Positions 19,423 to 30,001 of a stretch of 64,000 nt of DNA are shown here, piece after piece. The notes beneath the pieces were generated by a model, which worked only from the letters and a program-made list of their open reading frames with translations, was not told the DNA's origin and did not search any database. Each line of letters begins with the position of its first letter. Within the stretch, counting starts at the first letter, position 1. Both the position numbers and the translations under genes were made by a program. This DNA comes from Fibrobacteria bacterium (GTDB taxonomy: Bacteria > Fibrobacterota > Fibrobacteria > UBA11236): positions 1-64,000 of the forward strand of contig JBGTHM010000067.1 in the NCBI GenBank assembly GCA_041746255.1, read 5' to 3'.

Positions 19423-21150
19423 CTAATCTCGAATGATTACCCGTAACACTCCGCCCTCCGTAAAAGACGGTAAAGCGAGGACTTGGGGTTGATCCGATTT
19501 CGTAACCGGGGCGCTCCACACCTTGCGTCCGCCCAGATTCCAAAGCTCCACCGAACCCGCTCCTGCCGGTAGGGTCAGGGCTTTGGCGCCGGGGTATACC
19601 ATATCAGTTGAAAATGGAAGCTTGTTTCGGTTCATTTTCGCGAGTGAGACCGCGCTACCCACACAGGGAATGGGCCTTTCCGCCTTACTATCATAATCCG
19701 AAAATCCGGGATCCGTGCATCCCGAACGGCGAGGCAGCATCCCTGGGTGCTCTATGCGGTAGATTTCGTGGAAACTGGCACCCTTATACCAGGAAACGAA
19801 TACCCCGTATAAATACCCATACGAGTCCATTCCCAGATTGACTATTCCATCATGTCCGTCACTATTACCCATGACTTCATCGCCGATTTTTTCGGCGGAT
19901 TGTCCCAGATATTTCGGCCCCACGCCTTCGATGGTTAGATTGGGTCCGTTCCATTTGTATGTCGCGCGGTTTTTCGTGGAAGCGATGGCGTACATCTTGT
20001 TCCAGCGGGTGTCGGCGAAAATATACTGTCCGTAAAGCGGCGATTCCTTGCTGCCCAGGAAAGTACGCCCTCCCATTACGCAGCTCATGGATATGTAATT
20101 TGAATTGTCGTTGATGGTTCCCGTATGTACCGCGACTCCCCCTTTCGGATCGGTGATTCGCGACCCGCGGGGAAAGGCCCAGAAGGGATCTTCGAATTGG
20201 TCGCAGTTTTTGGTGTTGCCGGGATGGCAGGGACCGCTGAAGCCCTGTCCATAATGGTTTCTGCCGCCGCCTGGATTGGTTATTCCGTTACCGCCGTCGG
20301 CCCATCCGCCATTGGTGGCTTTCTTTATCAGGTTGATCTCCTCCCATTGCTCTTGGCCTATCTCAGCCGTGAGAATTTCGCCGGTGATGGCGTGGGAATG
20401 GATCCCCCAGACGTTGCGGATGCCGTACGACCAAATTTCCGGGTGGGTTCCGTCGGTGCGGCCGACGAAGGGGTTATCGGATGGAACGGCGTATTCTTTA
20501 CCGGGGTCCTTGCGGTCCACGTCTATCCTGAGCACTTTCCGTCCCATGGTTTTCAAATCATGTCCATCGACACCATAATCCGAATTGGCGATGTAAAGGA
20601 ACCCGTCGTCTTTTCCGAATGTCATCGACGCGACCCCATATGCCAATTTGTGATTGTACGTCCATATGGTTCGGGTCTTCTTGAGTATCTCGTTTTTATC
20701 CCCGCTGGCAACCCATTCTTCCACCGTGGTCAAGGCCTTGTCGGATCGGTTTCCCCAGGGTCCGCCGTTAGGATCGATGAAAATGATGTAAAACTTTTTG
20801 TTCTCCAGAAATTTGGGATGGAAGGATATACCCCATGCGCCCCACTCGGCGCTGATGGCCTGGGAACACCTCGCGCTGAAATCGGCGATTTTTTCCGAAG
20901 TATAGGGATTGATGGCCTTGGGATCCGTAACCGGTTTTTCCGGATACAGGGAGTAAATGAAACCCGATTGATCCAATACCCAAAAATGCTGCGGCATCCC
21001 CGGCACTTCATCCATCCAAATCGTCTTGGCTTTCATAGCCCGGAAGCTGACCTTTTTGAAATCGTAAAATTGCTTGAATTGCAACCCTTGTCCGAAACCC
21101 AAGCCGGCAAAGACTAGAACTGAAAGAATACCGCCTTTAAAAAACCGCAT
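19423..21150 (-). CDS. Secreted PQQ-dependent sugar dehydrogenase (GSDH/HHIP-like beta-propeller)
   Basis: GISFHPKF, KVLRIDVD...YAVPSDNPF, PEIWSYGIRNVW, EIGQEQWEEINLI, YGQYIFAD; AGGAG favours ATG at 21150 (21156 alternative). Confidence 0.85.
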   Translation of the reverse strand: MRFFKGGILSVLVFAGLGFGQGLQFKQFYDFKKVSFRAMKAKTIWMDEVPGMPQHFWVLDQSGFIYSLYPEKPVTDPKAINPYTSEKIADFSARCSQAISAEWGAWGISFHPKFLENKKFYIIFIDPNGGPWGNRSDKALTTVEEWVASGDKNEILKKTRTIWTYNHKLAYGVASMTFGKDDGFLYIANSDYGVDGHDLKTMGRKVLRIDVDRKDPGKEYAVPSDNPFVGRTDGTHPEIWSYGIRNVWGIHSHAITGEILTAEIGQEQWEEINLIKKATNGGWADGGNGITNPGGGRNHYGQGFSGPCHPGNTKNCDQFEDPFWAFPRGSRITDPKGGVAVHTGTINDNSNYISMSCVMGGRTFLGSKESPLYGQYIFADTRWNKMYAIASTKNRATYKWNGPNLTIEGVGPKYLGQSAEKIGDEVMGNSDGHDGIVNLGMDSYGYLYGVFVSWYKGASFHEIYRIEHPGMLPRRSGCTDPGFSDYDSKAERPIPCVGSAVSLAKMNRNKLPFSTDMVYPGAKALTLPAGAGSVELWNLGGRKVWSAPVTKSDQPQVLALPSFTEGGVLRVIIRD

Positions 21151-21483
21151 AAGCATCTCCTGAAGTTGGCTTATTAATCGTCACGTTGTTCCGTTTTATT
21201 TATGTCACGGTTGGAAGATAATTTGCCAGGCATAATCAGGTCTAGACTCATTTCCGTGGGAAATCGTAAACTTCCGATAACTTTAATTCGCCTCCAAAAG
21301 AATACATCCACACCTGTTTACTGAGGGGGAGTCGTTCAGCCCACGCGTTTCCAGCGGGAAACAATTCCCAGGGTAGGAGGGTGGAATAGTCAGCCTCTCA
21401 AGATTCGGACTACTAAATTGCACATTTATCATTATACTGATTCCGGTATGGGGTGCACTGCGTGAACGGCAACATAGGGTGTT

Positions 21484-24417
21484 ATGAAGATTAAATCAGC
21501 AAATTTCCACGGCATAGGGTGGCTTTTGTGCTTCGGGTTATGGGCGGCTCCTGGTTTTGGGGCAACAGTAAATTTGATGCTGGACTCGGGTAATCCCTCG
21601 CTTCAATTTGCCGCTGACGAAATAAAAAAATCCCTCAAAGCAAGCGGTCATGAGCCGGTCGAGCGAACCTATCAGGACATCCAATTAGAAGATGAGGGAA
21701 CCGGCCCCATTATCCAAATCGTTCTCGGGTTGCTGTCCAACCAACAACTCGTGAGTGCTATGCAGGGATCGGGAGGGGGGAGTGGGCCCCTAGGCCTGAA
21801 AGCGGAGGGGTTTGCCATCAGCATCACATCTACCGACGGAATTCTCACCTATTGGATCTTGGGTCAAGACTACGCCGGCGCCATGTATGGCGGCTTGGAA
21901 GCGGCGGAAATTATCCTGACTTCCGGCCTCTCAAGTATCCAGGACGATGAGCAAAACCCGTATTTCAGCAAACGGGGAGTCAAATTCAATATTCCTCTCG
22001 ACTTGCGCACGCCCAGTTATTCGGATATGTCGGATGCGGCCCAAAATAATATCAAGGAAATGTGGAACCTGGATTTCTGGACCGAATACATAGACCTGAT
22101 GGCCCGCTTCCGCTACAACCATATTTCCTTGTGGAATATGCACCCCTTTCCCTCTTTGGTGAAAGTGCCGGGCTATGAAAATGTCGCGCTCAACGATGTC
22201 TGGCGATCCACCGGCAAATTCGACGAAAATTACAGCGTTCAGGGCATGGGCATTGTAACCGACGAAATGTTGAACAATAAAGTGGTGGAATTACAAATGA
22301 CCATCGACGAAAAAATCGCCTTCTGGCGCAAGGTGATGAAATATGGCCGGGAACGCAATGTGGAATTCTGGTTTATCACCTGGAACATCTTCACCTATGG
22401 GGCCACGGGTAAATACGGCATCAATGACGACGGCAAAAACACCACCACCATTGACTATTTCCGAAAAAGCGTCAAAGCGCTGATTACCACCTATCCCGAT
22501 TTGGGCGGAATAGGACTTACCACCGGCGAAAACATGGGGGTTTTGAAAACCTCCCAGGAAAAAGAGGATTGGGCCTTTAAAACCTATGGTCTAGGAGCTC
22601 TGGATGCGGTCAAGGAAATTCCTGTCGACAGGAAGCTGATGTTCGTACACCGCCAGCACCAGACCGGTGCTACAGACATTAAAAACACTTTTACGCAAGT
22701 TATCAATAACCAAAATATCGAATTCATCCTCAGTTTCAAATACGCCCAAGCCCATGTGATGGCCGCCACCAAATGGGATTACCACACGGAATTCGTGAAA
22801 GATATTCAAGGGGAGGGGCTTAAAACCACGTGGACGTTGCGCAACGACGACAACTATTATTTCCGATGGGGGGCTCCCGATTTCGTGCGGGAATTCATCA
22901 AGAACATTCCCTACGATGTTACCCGCGGGTTTTATTATGGTTCCGATCAATACATCTGGGGTCGGGAATTTCTGGATAAAGAACCGGAATCGCCCCGGCA
23001 ACTCGAAGTGGACAAACACTGGTATCATTGGATGATGTGGGGCCGGCTCAGTTACAATCCCGCCCTGCCCAACGAACGCTTTGAAAAAATCCTTTCGAAT
23101 CGCTTTCCCGGAACCAACGCCTCGGATCTGTTTACAGCCTGGCAAGAAGCCTCCATGATTTACCCGAAAACCACCAGTGTCCATTGGGGGCAATTGGACG
23201 TGAACTGGTATATCGAATGTTGCCGGGATCGGCAGGGCTTTCACGGCCTGGACGGTTGGTTGAACCCCAAGGTGGATCCCAGACCCGCATTCGGCACGCA
23301 GTCGGTAAGGGCTTATGGCGAAAATCCCGCCATGACGGGCCGCACTCCCATCGTCGTCTCGAACGAAATCCATGCCCATGCCGACAAGGCCCTGCAAATG
23401 GTGGCGAACATGCCGCACGGGGGGAATAAGGAGCTACGCAAGACCTTGCTGGATATTCGCACCATGGCGACCCTGGGAAAATATTACGGCCATAAAATGG
23501 CGGGCGCATCCTATTATGCCGCTCGGGCGAAAGGGGGAGCATACCCAAGTAAAGCGGTGGATGAATTGCAACAAGCCGCCCGTTACTGGAGGCAATACAC
23601 CGCCTTGGCCACCAGTCAATACACGAACCCTCTCTGGCTCAACCGGGTTGGGATTTGCGATTGGCGCAAGCAAATGCAGGGCGTGTTGGCCGATATCAAA
23701 CAAGCGGGTGGAAGCGAGGTCATGCCATCGGTTCCTCCCACTCTTGGCGGCACTCTTCTTGAAGCGGAAACCGCGTCCCTGCAAGGTGTGTCTGTCGCCA
23801 CGGCGAATACGGGTTTTACCGGGGCCGGTTATGCGGATTTCAACGCTTCCGCGGGCAAAGGGTCGTTGGAGTGGACTTTTACAGCGCCCGAGGAGGCCCA
23901 ATACACCTTGGAATTCCGCTATGCCCTGGACGAAGGCGAGAAGGATGCATTGATTGAAGTAAATGGCAATAAAGCCGGTAACCTCAAACTTTGGACCACC
24001 GTGGATGTGAAAACCTGGGCCTTTGACCAGATAACCGTTCCCTTAAAACAGGGGAGCAATACCATTAAAATGACACCCGGGATTCAAGCGAACATTGATC
24101 ACCTCAATATTTTACACGCAGGAAGTTCGGTATCCATTGCTCAAGCGGGTTTGCTGGGAAAGCTGAAAGCGCCGCTGGCCGGAACGCTTTTCAGCAACGG
24201 CTTGATGGTTCATGTGCGATCTTCGGTCCCCGTTACGGTGGAAATTTTCAATGTCAGGGGCGAGGTTCTTAAGGCACGGAAAACCGGGATTTTGTCCTCC
24301 GGCTTACAATTCGTGGAATTTACCGGTAATCCCCTGTCTCATGGCGTTTACTATGTCCGGCTATCCTCGGAAAAGTATTCCAAGACCGAAAAAAGGATGG
24401 CGCTGGGTAGACATTAA
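21484..24417 (+). CDS. Secreted uncharacterised glycoside-hydrolase-like protein with CBM35/CBM6-like module and T9SS-like C-terminal domain, paralogue 2
   Basis: Signal peptide; GAMYGGLEAAE, RGVKFNIPLD, SLWNMHPFP, YPDLGG, RNDD, WGRLSYNP; LEAETA...GFTGAGYADF CBM motif; terminal IFNVRGE...GVYYVRL. Confidence 0.8.
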   Translation: MKIKSANFHGIGWLLCFGLWAAPGFGATVNLMLDSGNPSLQFAADEIKKSLKASGHEPVERTYQDIQLEDEGTGPIIQIVLGLLSNQQLVSAMQGSGGGSGPLGLKAEGFAISITSTDGILTYWILGQDYAGAMYGGLEAAEIILTSGLSSIQDDEQNPYFSKRGVKFNIPLDLRTPSYSDMSDAAQNNIKEMWNLDFWTEYIDLMARFRYNHISLWNMHPFPSLVKVPGYENVALNDVWRSTGKFDENYSVQGMGIVTDEMLNNKVVELQMTIDEKIAFWRKVMKYGRERNVEFWFITWNIFTYGATGKYGINDDGKNTTTIDYFRKSVKALITTYPDLGGIGLTTGENMGVLKTSQEKEDWAFKTYGLGALDAVKEIPVDRKLMFVHRQHQTGATDIKNTFTQVINNQNIEFILSFKYAQAHVMAATKWDYHTEFVKDIQGEGLKTTWTLRNDDNYYFRWGAPDFVREFIKNIPYDVTRGFYYGSDQYIWGREFLDKEPESPRQLEVDKHWYHWMMWGRLSYNPALPNERFEKILSNRFPGTNASDLFTAWQEASMIYPKTTSVHWGQLDVNWYIECCRDRQGFHGLDGWLNPKVDPRPAFGTQSVRAYGENPAMTGRTPIVVSNEIHAHADKALQMVANMPHGGNKELRKTLLDIRTMATLGKYYGHKMAGASYYAARAKGGAYPSKAVDELQQAARYWRQYTALATSQYTNPLWLNRVGICDWRKQMQGVLADIKQAGGSEVMPSVPPTLGGTLLEAETASLQGVSVATANTGFTGAGYADFNASAGKGSLEWTFTAPEEAQYTLEFRYALDEGEKDALIEVNGNKAGNLKLWTTVDVKTWAFDQITVPLKQGSNTIKMTPGIQANIDHLNILHAGSSVSIAQAGLLGKLKAPLAGTLFSNGLMVHVRSSVPVTVEIFNVRGEVLKARKTGILSSGLQFVEFTGNPLSHGVYYVRLSSEKYSKTEKRMALGRH

Positions 24418-24450
24418 TCCGCGATGCCCCGGTTGCTCAGGCCGCCCCGG

Positions 24451-27315
24451 TCACTTCTTAGCCGTGGCGATATCCGCCGCCACCTCTTTGCGATAATCCT
24501 CCCAATGGAATTTCGCTCCGCGCAAATGCATCATGGGAGTGGGGGCCAGATGGGGTTTGGTCACCGCTATGAGGTCTTCCCAATTCGCCTGAGCTTTTTC
24601 AAGAAAATCGACGGCCTGGTTTTTATCGGCAATTTGTTTTTGCAAGCGATACACTTGCAGCGAAACCGCTCCCCGCAATTTATTGGCGAAATACAAGCCC
24701 AAATGGCCCCAGGCTTTCACATCCTCCACCTCGCACGCCAGGGTCGGATGGCCCGAAGTGTTGATGCCGGAGGCTATTTGCAAAGCCTTTTGGCTTTCCT
24801 GTTCCAGGCTGTCGGCGACCACTAAGGGTGAGGTCTTGCCTCCTACAATGGCTTTATTATTGACGAGCGCGGCAGCCGCTTCTTTTACCGTGGCATAACT
24901 GGAGCTCAAGGTATTGGAATTGATGATATCTTCCAGGGTAATGAATTCGGCGCCCGAGAGCAGGCTCGCGGAATGCAGAGACATATCCCCCTTGGAGTAA
25001 TAGAAGGAGGCGATTCGCAAGGGCGTGTTGCTGGCGAATTCCATGGCTTCTTTGATTTGCTTTCCCGCGGGGCTGCCATACCTTTGGCTATAGCTGTTTA
25101 CGAAAACGTCGTCAGGCAGGTTGGGATTGTAAAGCAGCCGTCCCCATTGCTCCCAATAAGCCCATTGGCGTTGAAACTCATATTGCCAGGTGACGTGGGG
25201 TGAACCTTTGACATGGATATACTCGCGGGCCGGAATAAAGGTTTCGGCGCCGACGATATAGCCACGGGCGAAACTGGTGCCGTTGAGCGCGATATGTTCA
25301 CGGATAAACCCGGGCTTGCCCCAGCGCAGCATGAAAAAATCCTCGTTGCGCACCGTCCAGACGATGGAGTAATTTTTCGGCGCCGGCTTCCAGTAAGAGT
25401 CGGTGATAATCCCACCGTGGGTTTGCTCCAAAACCGGCGTGCTGTGGCCGTGAGACCAATTGAATTTGACTTCCACCCAGATGGTGCCTTCCACTCCGGT
25501 GATGCTTTCAATGGCTTCGCGTGTCATCTTCTCGGTGGCGGTATTGGTGGATCCCGAAGAACCCGTACCGGCGGACAAGGGCACCCGGTGAATCAATTTG
25601 GCGGGACGGTTGGCCTCTTTAATCCCCGCGATAATGGTGCGATTGGCCCAGCTTTGCCGCTGCTGGGGCGTCATCCCTCCCATGACTTCACCCAAGGTCA
25701 GGCCTATGCCGGTGAGGTCGGGGTATTCATTCAAAACCTGGGTGACGGATTGCTTGGTATAGGCATCGATAGTGGGGCTGGGGGAACCGTTTTCATTCAC
25801 CGCCGTATCCAGATTTACGGAGGCGTCATAATTGTCACGAAAGCCTCGGGATGCGACGATATTCCAATGCACGAGATAGGTTTCGATGCCGCGCTCTTTC
25901 GCGAGCCGGAACAAAGCGGTCCAGAAAGTCCGCCACTCCGCGAGTTCGGCGTCTGAAAAGGAAGTGGCCTTGGGATAGTTTTTCGCCCGGATGAGAAAAG
26001 GATAAGGGTGCATATTCCATAAGGTCAGCGCATTAAAACGGTTTTCCGCCATGTTATCCAAAAATTTGACCCAAAAGTTGATGTCCCGGACGGTATCGAA
26101 ATGTTGGTCGATATACGCGCCGGTACGGTAACTGGACCAGGGTAGATTGAATTTGACCGCCCTGAATTCGGTCTTCGGATTGACTTGCCGGGCGGATAAT
26201 CCCGCGAGTCCTTTGTTCATCTGGATCATTTCCGCGAATTCAAGCAGGCCGTACATGGCTCCGGAGGTGTCCCGTGCCTGAAGCAGCCATTTCAAACTTC
26301 CCCCGGTTAAGAGCTGGCGTAAATGAAACCCTTCCTTTTGCAGGGCACCCGCCAACTCGGGTATTTCCGGAAAGGCCGTGGACAAATGCTGATTGAGGCC
26401 GATTTGAACTATTAAGTCGGAGGAGGCGTCTTGAAGGGCGATGTCCCTGTGCGTAACCGAGGTACCGATTGCTTTCAAGGCTTGATCCAATTTTCCCGCG
26501 CCAAGCTGCAATGCGGAAGACCCAAGGTCATACGAGAGGGTGAAATTGGCATTGGGCTCTGCGGACTCGAGTTGGATGACGCCTAAATCTCCTTGCTGCA
26601 CAACCAGGGGAATGGCTTTGGTGGTAAACCCCGCTGCCGAAACATAGAGCGAGTCCGTTTTCTGCACCCTGGCTGAAGGGGCTTCAGCGCCTTTTATTAA
26701 TGGCATCGGTTGGGGCGCGGATGGCCCCGAGTAATTCCGCCACTGGTCTGGGGAAAGAGGGAAAGTTTTCACCAGTTGCTTGTCGAGGTATAGCAATAGG
26801 TACAAACGGGTGAAACCGGGTCTTTTTTTAACAATACGGTCTACGGGTAGCTGAAAGACTCCTTCGCCCAAATCATTCGAAAAAAATTCACCGACGGAAT
26901 TTCCCATGGCATCGATGATTTTGACCCTGGCCTCGGCATAGCCCCGTGAGGCGAAGGAAAGTGTTCCTCCGGAAATACCGGGCCGAAAGAAACCGTCGCC
27001 GATACGGGGCAAGTTGGATAAAACACCAGGATTTATAGTAAAGATCCCATCCGGCCCGGAAATGGCCAGCCGACCCAATCGGGGGGCGCTTACCCAGGCT
27101 CCCGCAACCGGAGTGGCCGCGTCGGAGGCGACTACTCTCCCCGTCAAAGGCAGCGCTTGAGCATGGGGTTTTTTAAGTGACAGCAAACCCAGCAATAGAA
27201 TCGGTAAAAATCTTGGGGTCAACTTTAAGGCCGGGGCTATGACTTTATGAAGTTGGGGACATTGTTCACTGGGATTGAACCGGAGAAGCGGGTCGAAAAG
27301 GCCGGGAAGCTGCAT
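24451..27315 (-). CDS. Secreted uncharacterised glycoside-hydrolase-like protein, paralogue 3
   Basis: GGAGG before TTG(27318)/ATG(27315); GAMYGLLEFAE, RAVKFNLP, LWNMHPYP, YPDLTG, RNEDFF, WGRLLYNP. Confidence 0.75.
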   Translation of the reverse strand: MQLPGLFDPLLRFNPSEQCPQLHKVIAPALKLTPRFLPILLLGLLSLKKPHAQALPLTGRVVASDAATPVAGAWVSAPRLGRLAISGPDGIFTINPGVLSNLPRIGDGFFRPGISGGTLSFASRGYAEARVKIIDAMGNSVGEFFSNDLGEGVFQLPVDRIVKKRPGFTRLYLLLYLDKQLVKTFPLSPDQWRNYSGPSAPQPMPLIKGAEAPSARVQKTDSLYVSAAGFTTKAIPLVVQQGDLGVIQLESAEPNANFTLSYDLGSSALQLGAGKLDQALKAIGTSVTHRDIALQDASSDLIVQIGLNQHLSTAFPEIPELAGALQKEGFHLRQLLTGGSLKWLLQARDTSGAMYGLLEFAEMIQMNKGLAGLSARQVNPKTEFRAVKFNLPWSSYRTGAYIDQHFDTVRDINFWVKFLDNMAENRFNALTLWNMHPYPFLIRAKNYPKATSFSDAELAEWRTFWTALFRLAKERGIETYLVHWNIVASRGFRDNYDASVNLDTAVNENGSPSPTIDAYTKQSVTQVLNEYPDLTGIGLTLGEVMGGMTPQQRQSWANRTIIAGIKEANRPAKLIHRVPLSAGTGSSGSTNTATEKMTREAIESITGVEGTIWVEVKFNWSHGHSTPVLEQTHGGIITDSYWKPAPKNYSIVWTVRNEDFFMLRWGKPGFIREHIALNGTSFARGYIVGAETFIPAREYIHVKGSPHVTWQYEFQRQWAYWEQWGRLLYNPNLPDDVFVNSYSQRYGSPAGKQIKEAMEFASNTPLRIASFYYSKGDMSLHSASLLSGAEFITLEDIINSNTLSSSYATVKEAAAALVNNKAIVGGKTSPLVVADSLEQESQKALQIASGINTSGHPTLACEVEDVKAWGHLGLYFANKLRGAVSLQVYRLQKQIADKNQAVDFLEKAQANWEDLIAVTKPHLAPTPMMHLRGAKFHWEDYRKEVAADIATAKK

Positions 27316-27517
27316 CAATCTGTCCTCCGTCCTGAAATATAGTCACGCAAATATGTGAAAGCCGGGTGAAGGAATGGCTGCATTCCCGCCCTCTGGCCAT
27401 GGCGACTTGCGAATGACTTTATCCATTAAATGAGTTTCGAGGAATTGGGCAAGAGTCGCCGAATTTGGCTACTTTTACACTTTTGAACCCGCCCTCTGTA
27501 TAATGGGACTCACTTCC

Positions 27518-28753
27518 ATGAAGCCGCCGCTCCTCTTTATCAGCCAACAATTGCCCTATCCGTTAACGGATGGCGGAAATGTCCGTACTTTCAAAATTCT
27601 GGAAGCGCTGGCATCGCGCTATGCCGTTACCCTGGTGGCCTGCCTGCGCAAGGATGCGAATAGGCAAAAGGACAAACAAAAAGCCCTGGATGCGATAAGC
27701 CCGCTCCTGCGGGAAATCATCTGCGTTGAGGACGTAAAATCCCAAAACCCGTTTTTTCTCTTGAGGGTAATTGCGCGCGCGCTGCTTAAGGGCTTGCCTT
27801 TTTCCATATCCTACAACTTCAATCCGCATATCGCCCGCGCCGTAAGCGGGCAATTACGCACCGGAAAGTTTCGTTTCGTTCATTGCAATCACCTCGATGC
27901 CGTGCAGCATTTAACCCCGGGCCTATCCGGTTTCCGTAAAACCCTGGACACGCATAATCTGCTTTACGAGCTGTATGAAAAAGCCGCGCACTTTGAAAAT
28001 TCCGGATTCAAGCGATGGTTGAAAAGGTTCGAAGCCGTGCGTCTGCGCACCTATGAGAAAAAAACCTTCTCGAAAATGGATAGCCTTCTCGTTTGCTCCC
28101 GCCGTGAAGCCGAATTGGCCGGGGGCTGGGGCTACGCCAAGCGCCTGCAAGTCATTCCCAATGGCGTGGACTGCGACTTTTTCGTCCCCCCTCCGAAAAA
28201 CTACACGGACAATCCGCCCGTGCTGGTGTTCACCGGCGCCATGGGCTATGGCCCCAATGCCGACGCCGCGCTGCATTTTATCCGCGACACCATGCCGCTG
28301 TTACGGCCCAGGGTTCCGGGCGTCCGCTTTTTGGTAGTGGGGAAAAATCCCACCGCCGAACTTCTGATCTCAGCCAAGGATAACTCCGATGTTACGGTAA
28401 CCGGGATGGTGGAGGATGTGCGCGAATACGTGTACGGGGCGCGGATATTCGTCGTTCCCATCCGTATGGGCGCGGGCACCCGCCTCAAGGTGCTGGAGGC
28501 TTTCGCCCTGGGCATTCCCGCCGTGTCCACCCCGGTCGGTGCGGAAGGCATCGCCTACGAAGACGAACGCCATTTGTTGATTGCCGAAAGCGCGCAAGAC
28601 ATGGCCGATGCCGTGTGCCGGCTCCTAAATCAAACCGACCTTTATCTCAACATGGCGACTGAGGCGCGTGCCTTGGCCGTAGCGCGCTACGATTGGAAAG
28701 CCGTTGGCGCTACGCTATTGGAAGCCTACGAAGCCAAGGAGGCCCAACCTTGA
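27518..28753 (+). CDS. GT4 glycosyltransferase
   Basis: LPYPLTDGG, IPNGVD, FTGAMGYGPN, GAGTRLKVLEAFA; start 27503 or 27518. Confidence 0.9.
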   Translation: MKPPLLFISQQLPYPLTDGGNVRTFKILEALASRYAVTLVACLRKDANRQKDKQKALDAISPLLREIICVEDVKSQNPFFLLRVIARALLKGLPFSISYNFNPHIARAVSGQLRTGKFRFVHCNHLDAVQHLTPGLSGFRKTLDTHNLLYELYEKAAHFENSGFKRWLKRFEAVRLRTYEKKTFSKMDSLLVCSRREAELAGGWGYAKRLQVIPNGVDCDFFVPPPKNYTDNPPVLVFTGAMGYGPNADAALHFIRDTMPLLRPRVPGVRFLVVGKNPTAELLISAKDNSDVTVTGMVEDVREYVYGARIFVVPIRMGAGTRLKVLEAFALGIPAVSTPVGAEGIAYEDERHLLIAESAQDMADAVCRLLNQTDLYLNMATEARALAVARYDWKAVGATLLEAYEAKEAQP

Positions 28754-28779
28754 CCTCCGCTCCGCAACCCGATAAACCG

Positions 28780-29997
28780 ATGCAGGTGCTTTCCATTACC
28801 ACCATGTTTCCCAATCCCCGCATGCCGGTGCATGCGCAATTCGTCAAACAAAGACTCGACGCGTTAAGCCGTCACGTTAACCTCACCGTGGTAAGCCCCA
28901 TACCCTGGTTTCCCTTCGAAAAACTTATTCCCCGCTATCGCAACCGAAGCGCGGTTCCCTATACCCTAATCGACAACCCCTATCCGGTTTTCTACCCCAA
29001 GTTCCTGTCCGTACCGGTTATACTAAAACCCCTGGACGGTTTTTTTCTGGCCCTGTCGGTTCTGCTCTTTCTGCGAAAGCACGCACTCACCCAAAGGTTT
29101 CATCTTCTCGATTGCCACCTGGCTTTCCCGGAAGGTTTCGCCGGATCGCTTTTGAGCCGATTCTGTAAAATTCCCTACGTGGTCACTTTACGCGGCCATG
29201 ACATCAACGATTTACACCGTTTTCCCGTGCGGAAAAGGCAGGTTGTCTACGCGTTACGCCATTGCCAACGTTATTTCGGAGTAGCCCAAGCCCTGGTCGA
29301 CGGCGCGGTAAAAATGGGGGCTCCCGCAGAGAAGGGTTTTCGTTCGGCCAATGGAGTCAACTCGCAGCGCTTTCGACCCGATGACCGCCGCGAAGCCCGC
29401 CGTAAACTGGGCCTTTCCATAACCGGGCGCTATTTCCTATCCGTTTCCCATCTGGTACCGCGCAAAGGTTTGCCCTTGTTGATAGAAGCCCTGGCGCACT
29501 TGCGACCTTCCTATCCGGACCTACGGTATATCATCGTGGGCAAAGGCGGTGAAGAGGGGGATAGCGAACCCGGACTGCGACGCCTAGCCGAGTCGCTGGG
29601 AGTGGCTGACGCCCTTGTATGGGCGGGCGCCGTGCTCAACGAAAACCTGCATACCTATTATTCGGCGGCCGACCTGTTCTGCCTGGCCAGCGAAAAAGAA
29701 GGGTGGCCCAATGTGGTTTTGGAGGCGCTGGCCTGCGGAACCCCGGTTGTCGCCGCGGCCACCTGGGGGGTGCCGGAAATCCTGACCTCTCCCGACCTCG
29801 GTTTGCTCGTTAAAGATCGGACTCCCGAGGCCTACTCGACAGCTATCGGGCGCGCCCTGGAAAACCGCTGGGACCGGGAAAGTATTCGTGAGTATGCCGC
29901 CTCGCGTAGCTGGGAAAAAGTAGCGGACGATTTAGCGGTGCAATTCCGTGAGGTATTGGCGACATCCAAAAATGCGTCCGGTAAACGCGTACCGTGA
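28780..29997 (+). CDS. GT4 glycosyltransferase (TuaC/AmsK-like)
   Basis: TMFPNP, TLRGHDI, SEKEGWPNVVLEALACGTP; start TTG 28750 or ATG 28780. Confidence 0.9.
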   Translation: MQVLSITTMFPNPRMPVHAQFVKQRLDALSRHVNLTVVSPIPWFPFEKLIPRYRNRSAVPYTLIDNPYPVFYPKFLSVPVILKPLDGFFLALSVLLFLRKHALTQRFHLLDCHLAFPEGFAGSLLSRFCKIPYVVTLRGHDINDLHRFPVRKRQVVYALRHCQRYFGVAQALVDGAVKMGAPAEKGFRSANGVNSQRFRPDDRREARRKLGLSITGRYFLSVSHLVPRKGLPLLIEALAHLRPSYPDLRYIIVGKGGEEGDSEPGLRRLAESLGVADALVWAGAVLNENLHTYYSAADLFCLASEKEGWPNVVLEALACGTPVVAAATWGVPEILTSPDLGLLVKDRTPEAYSTAIGRALENRWDRESIREYAASRSWEKVADDLAVQFREVLATSKNASGKRVP

Positions 29998-30001
29998 TCG
30001 A

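Noticed and set aside
19409..19543. N-terminal extension of the 963-aa ORF
   Set aside because: Overlaps the upstream gene; the signal peptide begins at ATG 19408
20125..21117. 330-aa plus-strand ORF
   Set aside because: Antisense to the PQQ dehydrogenase; no motifs
21180..27347. GTCACG hexamer upstream of the PQQ gene (twice) and of paralogue 3
   Set aside because: Too short to distinguish from chance
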